The notes beneath the pieces were generated by a model. That model had not been told where the DNA came from, searched no databases, and worked only from the letters and a program-made list of their open reading frames with translations. The position numbers were made by a program, and so were the translations under genes. Below are positions 28,706-35,872 of a DNA stretch of 64,000 nucleotides, one piece after another (position 1 is the first letter of the stretch; each line of letters begins with the position of its first letter). Source of the DNA: Myxococcota bacterium (lineage in GTDB: Bacteria; Myxococcota_A; UBA796; UBA2385); NCBI GenBank assembly GCA_044344255.1, contig JBIJDH010000024.1:62812-126811 (forward strand). The letters run 5' to 3'.

Positions 28706-30571
28706 TCAGGCGGGGAGGGTGGGAGCGACGAGGGCGGCGAGGTCGGGGCGGCCGCGTGTGAGGGCAGCCTCGTGCCAAAGAGAGCGTTCGGCGGCAGGGA
28801 GGGTAGCGAGCACCTCAGTCGACCATAAGTCGTGGCCGTCTATGATCAGTCGCCACCCGGTGCCCGGCTTCAAATACGCATCGACGGTGTTCGCCAAGCT
28901 GGAGCTATGCGAGATGAGCGTTCGATAGGCCGCCGCCGCGGCTGCACAATTTTCACGACTGAGAAAGGTAATTTCGAAAATCTTAAATAGAAGCGATAGC
29001 ACCAGCAGTTTGCGGATTACATCTGTGCCGACCCCGGGTAGGGTCTTGATCAGATTGCTTGCGATTGATTGTTGTTGAGGGGATGTCGTCCAGAAGATCG
29101 ATCCCAGGAAGTTGGCGAGGACCATGCCGATGTCGAAGCGCTGGATGAGCTCGTCGTACGAGCTGTTCGCACGGACCCACTCGCCGAACAAGATGAGTGC
29201 GAATACCTGACAAGCTGCAGTTGTAACACACGGCTGGCGCAAATATAGTTCGTTTGCCAGCTCAGCGGCTCGAGTAGGGCTGTCCTCCATTTCGTTCGCG
29301 ATTGCTTTGAACAGGTGGCTATCCACCAGAATCTCGTCTCCTTCCCACATCAAGGCTTCATGAAACCAAGATTGGTGACCTTCGGGGGTTCCTTGGCGAG
29401 CCAGAAGCTCTGACCGGGTGTGCCAGAAGCGCAAGAACCGAATGAATACCTTTGGCGCCTGGTCCGGACGTTTCATGGCTCGTGCGATACGCCAGAGCGG
29501 ATCGCGCAGCTCGTAGAAGCTCTCTCGCCCTACGCTGTGGCTCTGCACGAGGCCATCGCGCCTAAGGAAGCGGAGCTGACCGGAGACGGTGCCCTGCGTC
29601 GAGAAGGTGGCATCGACGAGCTCACTCACGGTCAGCGGTCGCCAGCTCTCGCTCAGGCGCTCAAGCAGGGCCTGCTGGCCGGGGGCGCGGGCGCGGATCT
29701 GCTCCTGGAAGTAGGGGGTGAGCTCATCCCCGAGCTGGTAGAAGGCTGTCTCCAGCTCGTCGAGGCTCTCCCTCGTCAGGTAGGGGAAGAGCAGGGCCAT
29801 CCCACGGGGAGAGCCGCCGATCAGGTGGTGAATTGCTCGCACACGGGCGAGGCCAAGCGGGCTCTGGAGGCGCTCGGCGAGGCCGGGGTCTGGCCGGTCC
29901 TCTGCCAGGGTGAGGAGCATGTCTCGACACCCCTCCGGGCTGAGCGGCCCGACGGGCTCCTCGATCCACATGCGGTAGAAGGGCCGGTCCCGATTGTGGA
30001 AGTCGTCGCCGGTGGCCTGGGCGGTGGCGAGCACGCTCCAGCGCTGTTCGGTGACGATGCCGCGCAGGCGCCACTGCTCCTCAGTGCTCATCGCCGAGAG
30101 GATGCGGTCGAGGTTCTCGAGGCCGATGAGGAAGGGCCTCGCCTGGAGACGCCCCTCGATGAGGCGGAGAGCCCGCTCGACGGCCTCGGCGCGGTCACTG
30201 CCGCGAAGGAGTGCCACCTGACTCGCCGCGGTGGGCAGCCCCTCCACCTCGGGTAGGCGGGAGAGCAGGCGGGCGAGGAGGTCGAGCAGGCTGCCCACAT
30301 GCTCCTCCTCATCGAGCGCGGCGACCACCGGGGCCTGGGGCAATGCCGCCGCCCGGATGCGCGCCAGGAGCACCGCGAAGAGGTGGCTCTTCCCGCTGCC
30401 GCGGGCTCCAACGAGGACGACGTGCCGGGCCCCCCCTTCGGCGAGGGTGCCGACCAGGCCCTCCACGACGCCGTCGACCAGCGACCCGCGCTCGACCAGG
30501 CGGCGCTCCAGGAGCTCGGTGGGCAACAGATGGGGGGAGAAGCGGGAAAACTGGGGGCGGGTCAGAGACAT
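28706..30571 (-). CDS. P-loop ATPase (STAND/AAA-like) with winged-helix and divergent C-terminal helical region
   Basis: Walker A GARGSGKSH, Walker B LIGLENLD, GGSPRG, and wHTH LTVSELVDATFSTQGTVSGQLRFLRRDGLV..GRESFYEL. Confidence 0.85.
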   Translation of the reverse strand: MSLTRPQFSRFSPHLLPTELLERRLVERGSLVDGVVEGLVGTLAEGGARHVVLVGARGSGKSHLFAVLLARIRAAALPQAPVVAALDEEEHVGSLLDLLARLLSRLPEVEGLPTAASQVALLRGSDRAEAVERALRLIEGRLQARPFLIGLENLDRILSAMSTEEQWRLRGIVTEQRWSVLATAQATGDDFHNRDRPFYRMWIEEPVGPLSPEGCRDMLLTLAEDRPDPGLAERLQSPLGLARVRAIHHLIGGSPRGMALLFPYLTRESLDELETAFYQLGDELTPYFQEQIRARAPGQQALLERLSESWRPLTVSELVDATFSTQGTVSGQLRFLRRDGLVQSHSVGRESFYELRDPLWRIARAMKRPDQAPKVFIRFLRFWHTRSELLARQGTPEGHQSWFHEALMWEGDEILVDSHLFKAIANEMEDSPTRAAELANELYLRQPCVTTAACQVFALILFGEWVRANSSYDELIQRFDIGMVLANFLGSIFWTTSPQQQSIASNLIKTLPGVGTDVIRKLLVLSLLFKIFEITFLSRENCAAAAAAYRTLISHSSSLANTVDAYLKPGTGWRLIIDGHDLWSTEVLATLPAAERSLWHEAALTRGRPDLAALVAPTLPA

Positions 30572-31734
30572 CGGTGGAGCTTCCAGAAGCGACGAAGGCA
30601 GTCGAGGCGGAAGAGCCAGCGCTCATTGCGCCGATCGAGGTACTGGTCGCGCCGCAGCCACTGGAGGACCTCGACGAGCCGGTCTCCAGGGAACAACCGA
30701 CGAAGCTCGGTGATGGACTGGCCTGTCGGATGAAGGCAGAGGTGGTCGAGCAGATGCAACGCGAGGTCATGATCCTCGGCGCTCAGCGTGCGCTTCATCC
30801 GCTGGACGTAGTGCTCGAGCTCCAGCGGATCCTGATCATTGTCGAGGAGGGCCTCGAGTGCCTGATCGGCGGCGTGGCGGGTGTAGCGCCGCTCCATGCG
30901 CACCCGCTCGGCGATGTGCTGCAGCACGAAGGGGTGCCCTTCGGAGATACGCGAGAGGTGCTGCGCCAGATCGGCCGCGTTGGCGGACTCCTTCTCGAAG
31001 CTCGCCACGAGGCGCCCGGCCAGCTCCAGCGCTCCGCCGGGCTCGAGGACCGGGAGGACCTCCCGGGCCATCTTGTTGTCGGGGTCATTCGTGTACCCGC
31101 GGGCCTGCAGCCCGCGGATGATCTCGTGCAGCCCGATCGAGCCGGTGTAGACGAGGCGCAGCCGGGGCCAGCGCTGGGCGTCGCGCAGGAAGTCGAGGAG
31201 GGCGGTGACCTCGCGGTCCCCCCGCACGGTGACGAGGCCGTCGAGGAAGATGGTGAGCTCATCCCAGACGAGGACGACGATCCGCTCTTTTTCGTCAGCC
31301 CACTTCTGTAGCCCCTCGAAGGCCTTGTCGAGGACGGGCTGCCACTCCGCCCCCGGCAGGCGGAGCGCCAGCTTCACCCCCTTGAGCTCCACGCCCCCGG
31401 CGAGGCCCTCGACGTACCGGGCGAAGGGGAGGTAGCGCCGGAGGAAGCCACCCGTCAGCCCCTCGATCTGCTCCAACACGGCCTGCACGAAGTCCGGCAG
31501 GCCGCGCGGCACCTTCTCCAAGCTCGCGTAGCGGAGCGCGAAGTGGGCAGGCTGGTGCGCCGGATCGGCCATGCGGCGCCAGAGGCTCGTCTTGCCCATC
31601 CGGCGCGGGGCGGTGAGCACGAGGGAGCGCGTCTCCAGGATCTCCCGGAAGCGGCGAATCAGCTCATCCCGGCCGACGACCTGCTCCGGGCTGAGATCGC
31701 CGCCGGGGTTCGGGGTCAACGCGGTGGTGGACAT
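30562..31734 (-). CDS. P-loop ATPase (ATPase_2/AAA_16-like) with C-terminal winged-helix
   Basis: VVGRD, Walker A APRRMGKTS, Walker B VLVWDE, YTGSIGL and GHPF motifs; overlaps the downstream ATPase by 10 nt. Confidence 0.88.
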   Translation of the reverse strand: MSTTALTPNPGGDLSPEQVVGRDELIRRFREILETRSLVLTAPRRMGKTSLWRRMADPAHQPAHFALRYASLEKVPRGLPDFVQAVLEQIEGLTGGFLRRYLPFARYVEGLAGGVELKGVKLALRLPGAEWQPVLDKAFEGLQKWADEKERIVVLVWDELTIFLDGLVTVRGDREVTALLDFLRDAQRWPRLRLVYTGSIGLHEIIRGLQARGYTNDPDNKMAREVLPVLEPGGALELAGRLVASFEKESANAADLAQHLSRISEGHPFVLQHIAERVRMERRYTRHAADQALEALLDNDQDPLELEHYVQRMKRTLSAEDHDLALHLLDHLCLHPTGQSITELRRLFPGDRLVEVLQWLRRDQYLDRRNERWLFRLDCLRRFWKLHRCL

Positions 31735-31781
31735 CGTCGTTCCAAGGGGGGACCGGGAAGGCCCTCGACCCATGCTGGAAT

Positions 31782-31810
31782 CAACATATGTCAAAAACAA
31801 CATATGTCAA
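31782..31810 (-). promoter_or_regulatory. tandem 13-bp repeat forming a likely promoter/operator for the ATPase pair
   Basis: CAACATATGTCAA at 31782-31794 and 31798-31810, each with an ACATATGT palindrome. Minus strand reads TTGACA-N16-TATGTT. Confidence 0.65.
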
Positions 31811-31899
31811 CATCGACATGCATATCCCCCACCCCGCCGCAGCAGGATGCACCGAGGTGCTTCGCCGATCTCCTCGCATTCCCCGCCGGGGCCGTCGTG

Positions 31900-32016
31900 C
31901 ATGGCCTCCAGTCGGGCGTCCTGTAGCCGTCGAAGCAGGCGCTGCGCGGCGTTGATGGCCGGGTCGAGGGCCTCCACCCGGTCGAGGCAGGCGTCGATCT
32001 CCAGGGGGTCCACCCC
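31900..32016 (-). pseudogene. amidase N-terminal scrap
   Basis: VDPLEIDACLDRVEALDPAINA resembles the amidase N-terminus; compare LVEAQLARVDAYNPGLNA in the intact amidase at 43375-44916. Confidence 0.55.
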
Positions 32017-32163
32017 CGCGAACGCGCGGGTGGCCTGGAGCCCGGCCCCGCCCGCCGCCGCCGATCAGCCCGCCCGCGCCGCGAGCTGATCGAGCAGGCC
32101 GACGAGGATGTGGGCCTGGTACCAGGCGTCGTAGTCGGCGCGGTGCTTCTGACCGAGGTCTTC
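32017..32163 (+). repeat. 147-bp direct repeat, right copy
   Basis: Matches 27254-27400 with one mismatch. Confidence 0.97.
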
Positions 32164-32700
32164 GGCGGGGAGCCGCAGCCGCTCGGCCAGCACCTCCTTG
32201 TTGCTGTCGAACCAGTGCACCCCGAGGGCGCCGGTCGCCATCGCCTTCGTGCAGAGCGCCTTGTAGCCGAAGGGGTTCGGGAGCTCCTCGGCGGCGTAGG
32301 CGTAGCTCACGAAGCTCCAGTCAAAGGGCGCGTTGTGGCCCACGAAGGAGGGCTTCGTGCGGGGCTTCGTCCGTGCCCGCACCCAGGCGGTCAGCGCCTC
32401 GCAGAAGGCCCGCTGGGAGAGGCCCTCGGCAGCCAGCTTGCCCTGGTCGAGGCCGTGGATCGCGGCGGCGCGGGCGTCGAAGCGGGGCGCCCCGGGACGG
32501 AGCTCGGCGTAGAAGGGGTTGCCCTCGATGACGAGGTGGCCCTGCTCGTCGGGGGAGACCACCACCGCGCCGAGCGACACCATGTCGTAGAGCCCTGGAA
32601 CGGGGCCGTTGCACTCGATGTCGATGCAGAAGTACGTTGTGCGGGACTCCCGATGGCGGGAGGAGGGGGCGGCGGGGTGGGAGACAGGCAGGCCGGTCAT
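32065..32700 (-). CDS. DEDDh 3'-5' exonuclease (RNase T / RNase AS-like)
   Basis: CIDIECNG (ExoI), VGHNAPFDW (ExoII) and HRADYDA (ExoIII) motifs. Confidence 0.88.
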   Translation of the reverse strand: MTGLPVSHPAAPSSRHRESRTTYFCIDIECNGPVPGLYDMVSLGAVVVSPDEQGHLVIEGNPFYAELRPGAPRFDARAAAIHGLDQGKLAAEGLSQRAFCEALTAWVRARTKPRTKPSFVGHNAPFDWSFVSYAYAAEELPNPFGYKALCTKAMATGALGVHWFDSNKEVLAERLRLPAEDLGQKHRADYDAWYQAHILVGLLDQLAARAG

Positions 32701-33951
32701 GACGAGCTCCGAGCGAGGCTGGGCGATGGGCCCGGTCGGGGGCCCGCGTCGCCGCGGCTTATCCAGCCGCCGCGGAGCCCGCGCCAGCGTCAAGTCGAAG
32801 AGGCCCTCCGTAAGCTCATCCTCCTGAGCTACCTCCTCTCCATCCCCGGCCTGCTGCTCAGCACCTGGCTCCTGCTCGGCGCGGGCGTGCTCCGCCACGG
32901 CGGGGCCACCGCGGTGGCCGCGGGCGCGGCGCTGCTCCTCCTCCTGCCGGCGATGGGCGTGGCCAGCCTCTTCCCGCGGCGGCTCCACGGCCTCGGCCTC
33001 GGCCTCCTGCTCTGGCCGCTGGGGCTGCTGATCGGCTTCCCGCTCTACTTCCCCGCCGAGCGCGGCCCGGCCCTCGTCGCCGGGCTGAGCGTGGCCGCAG
33101 GCGCCCTCCAGCTCCACCCGGACCCCTCGATCGCCCTCGCCCTCGACCGCCTGCTCCCCGCCGTTGAGGGCAGCCGCCCGCCCGCCGTCCTGGCCGAGTC
33201 CACGCAGGTCGAGCCCCTGGCCCTCGCCACCGCCGCCCCGGAGCCCGCCGCCACGAGCGGCCGCCTCGGCGAGGGCGAAGACGAGGTGGTGCTGCCCTAC
33301 GAGGGCTCCGGCAGCTCGCTCCTCGTGCAGATCAGCCTCGAGCAGGGCAGCCGCAGCCAGGACGTGGTGATGATCTTCGACACCGGGGCCTCGATCACCA
33401 CCCTCGACACCGAGACCCTGCGCAGCCTCGGCGTCCGCGTGCCGGCCGACGCCCCCGTCCTCGAGGTCCACACCGCCGGCGGCGACCGCCAGACCCGCCT
33501 CGTCCGCCTCGACCGCCTCTGGATCGGCGGCTTCGAGGTGGAGGGGGTCACGGTGGGCGTCTGCGACGACTGTCGGATGGGCCGCACGGTGGGCCTGCTC
33601 GGCCTCAACGTGTCGAGCCGCTTCCTCGTCACGGTCGATCAACAAGAGAAGGAGCTCGTGCTGCAGCCCCGCGCGGGCGTGCTCGACGCCACCGCCGACG
33701 TCTCGCCCTGGGTCGACCTCTCCGCCACCGCCACCCGCTGGGAGGGCGGCCGCACCGAGGTGGAGGTGCGGGTGCTGAACAAGAGCGACCACCCCATCTC
33801 CACCGTCGGGGTGCGCATCGGCTGCGGGGCCGGCTTCCACACCGACGTCGGCCCGATCGCGCCCGGCGCCGAGGCCGAGAAGCCCGTCGCCCTCCCCCTC
33901 GGCACCGACTGCGAGGCCTACACCGTGGAGCTCGACCGGGCGCGATGGTGA
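32653..33951 (+). CDS. membrane-anchored retropepsin-like aspartyl protease (start uncertain)
   Basis: N-terminal TM helices; MIFDTGASITT, VHTAGG and GLLGLN motifs. Confidence 0.8.
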   Translation: MAGGGGGGVGDRQAGHDELRARLGDGPGRGPASPRLIQPPRSPRQRQVEEALRKLILLSYLLSIPGLLLSTWLLLGAGVLRHGGATAVAAGAALLLLLPAMGVASLFPRRLHGLGLGLLLWPLGLLIGFPLYFPAERGPALVAGLSVAAGALQLHPDPSIALALDRLLPAVEGSRPPAVLAESTQVEPLALATAAPEPAATSGRLGEGEDEVVLPYEGSGSSLLVQISLEQGSRSQDVVMIFDTGASITTLDTETLRSLGVRVPADAPVLEVHTAGGDRQTRLVRLDRLWIGGFEVEGVTVGVCDDCRMGRTVGLLGLNVSSRFLVTVDQQEKELVLQPRAGVLDATADVSPWVDLSATATRWEGGRTEVEVRVLNKSDHPISTVGVRIGCGAGFHTDVGPIAPGAEAEKPVALPLGTDCEAYTVELDRARW

Positions 33952-33967
33952 GCCCCCAGGAGCGAGG

Positions 33968-34381
33968 GTGAGCGCGGGCCGACCGCCGCCGAACCCCTTC
34001 TGGGTGCTCGGCCTGCCGGCCACGGCCAGCCGCGTCGAGCTCGAGCGGGCCGGGCAGCGCCTCCTCGCCCAGCTCGCCGTCGGCGCGCGGTCGGCGCGGT
34101 GGACCGAGACCCCGGGCGGGCCGCTCGAGCGGGACGAGGCCCTCGTCCGCGACGCGCTCGCCCGCCTCCGCGACCCCGAAGCGCGCCTGATCGCCGAGCT
34201 GCTCTACGCTGCCGCCGAGCTGCTCTCCGCTGTCCCAGCGCCTCCCGCTGCTACTCCCGCTGCGCCTCCCGATGCGACTCCCGCTGCGCCTCCCGATGCG
34301 ACTCCCGCTGCGCCTCCCGCTGCGCCCGAACCGGCCGGCCTGACCGGGCTGCACGAGGCCCTCGGCCTCCTCCCGAGCTAG
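33968..34381 (+). CDS. hypothetical protein with J-domain-like start and PAAPPDAT repeats
   Basis: NPFWVLGLPATAS..ELERA; no HPD motif. Confidence 0.65.
   Translation: MSAGRPPPNPFWVLGLPATASRVELERAGQRLLAQLAVGARSARWTETPGGPLERDEALVRDALARLRDPEARLIAELLYAAAELLSAVPAPPAATPAAPPDATPAAPPDATPAAPPAAPEPAGLTGLHEALGLLPS
34238..34326 (+). repeat. 24-bp in-frame tandem repeat (about 3.7 copies)
   Basis: GCGCCTCCCGATGCGACTCCCGCT units. Confidence 0.9.
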
Positions 34382-34385
34382 GCCC

Positions 34386-35861
34386 GTGCTCCCTATCGCC
34401 CCCATCCTGCTGATCGTCTTCTGGGCCCTCCGAAAGGGCGGCGTGGTGCAGCCCTCGAAGGGCACCCTCTCCATCCCCATCCGCTTCGCCGACCTCCCCT
34501 TCGTAGTCGCGCTGCTCTCGATCTTCACCGCCACCGTGCTCGTGATCACCGCCGAGACGGTGCAGTCCTGGGCCTTCCTGGTCGGCGCCACCCTCCTCCC
34601 GCTGCCCTTCGCCTTCCCGAGCCTCGCGGCGGGGTGGATCCGCCGCTGGCAGAGCGTGAACCTCGCCTTCTGGACCCTCCGCCTCTTCGCGGTGAGCGCG
34701 CTCCGCGGCGACCCCCCCGGCGGGGCGACGGCCCTCCTCCTGCTCTCCCCGCGGCCGATCTCCGAGCCGGACCTCGCCCGGATGGCCAAGCGCCTGCGTG
34801 GCACACGAAAGGCCTGGCCGATGACCGTCCTCGCCTGGGCCCTGCTCGCCGAGCGCCGGGGAGACAAGGCCCACGCCCGCGCCCTCTTCGGCCTGCTCGC
34901 CGTGCTGCCGAAGCTCCCCCGCGCCGCGCGGGCCCGCCGCGCCGCCCGCCTGTGGTGTATGGCCGAGGCCGCCGCCGAGGGCGACTGGGACGCGCTGGAG
35001 CGCTGGGGCGGCTGCGGGGCGCTGCGCGGGGGGGCCGATCCCCGGGCCGCCCTCCGCCTCACCGCCGAGGTGCGGCGCCGCCGGGCCGGCGGGCCCCCCG
35101 GTTCGACCTGGCTCCACGCCCTCCGCTCCGGCGTCTCCCGAGCGGCCCTGCGAAGGCTCGACACGGTCTCCGCCTGGCCGCCCCCAGGCGCGCCGACCGA
35201 CCTCTTGCCCCTGCCCGAGGGCCAGGGCGCCCAGGGCCCCCTCGCCGTCGCCCTCCACTGGATGGCCGAGCTCCGCGCCCAGCCCCGCGCTCACCCCGCC
35301 CACCTCCGGCAGGTGGGGGAGGCCTGGGACGCGGTCGAGGCGGACGCGGACCTGCTCGACCACCTCCGACAGCGCGCCGACACGCTCCAGCTCGCCACCG
35401 CCCCCGAGGCCCTCCGGGACCGCCTGATCGAGCCGGCCCTGGTCGAGCTCAGCGCGCGTATCGGGGCGGAGCGCACCGCCCTCGACGGCGCCCGCGCCGA
35501 GGGCACCCTCGCCCTGGCCCTCGCCCGCGCCCGCGCCCCCCGGGAGGCCGAGGTGACAGACCTCCTCGCCGACCTCGCGCCCGGAGACGCCACCGTCGAA
35601 GACGACTGGCTCCGCCTCGCCCGCCTCCGAGAGGCCGTGGACTGGCTCTATCAGACCGGCTCCCCCGCCCAGCGCCACTCCGTCTATCGAGAGGTCCTCT
35701 TCGTCACCCTGTCGCACGCCGCCCAGGCCTTCAACCAGGCGCACCAGACCCCCTTCGCCTTCGTGACCATGACCTGGCTCTGGGGCCTCGCCCACGACCA
35801 GCAGGACGCGGAGCACCTCAAGCTGCTCGAAGACAACCTGAAGGTCCCGCTCGGCGAGTGA
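34386..35861 (+). CDS. hypothetical membrane-anchored helical protein
   Basis: Follows the previous gene after 4 nt; N-terminal TM segments; core-like codon bias. Confidence 0.65.
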   Translation: MLPIAPILLIVFWALRKGGVVQPSKGTLSIPIRFADLPFVVALLSIFTATVLVITAETVQSWAFLVGATLLPLPFAFPSLAAGWIRRWQSVNLAFWTLRLFAVSALRGDPPGGATALLLLSPRPISEPDLARMAKRLRGTRKAWPMTVLAWALLAERRGDKAHARALFGLLAVLPKLPRAARARRAARLWCMAEAAAEGDWDALERWGGCGALRGGADPRAALRLTAEVRRRRAGGPPGSTWLHALRSGVSRAALRRLDTVSAWPPPGAPTDLLPLPEGQGAQGPLAVALHWMAELRAQPRAHPAHLRQVGEAWDAVEADADLLDHLRQRADTLQLATAPEALRDRLIEPALVELSARIGAERTALDGARAEGTLALALARARAPREAEVTDLLADLAPGDATVEDDWLRLARLREAVDWLYQTGSPAQRHSVYREVLFVTLSHAAQAFNQAHQTPFAFVTMTWLWGLAHDQQDAEHLKLLEDNLKVPLGE

Positions 35862-35872
35862 GCGCGGCCGGT

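Larger units (their letters stand above)
27254..32163. mobile_element. 4.76-kb integrase-free insertion bounded by direct repeats
   Basis: 147-bp flanking repeats offset by 4763 bp, lower-GC internal stretches and several gene fragments. Confidence 0.7.

Noticed and set aside
32701..34023. 652-aa version of the exonuclease ORF
   Set aside because: The extension is antisense to the aspartyl protease; exonuclease motifs occupy only the last ~210 aa.
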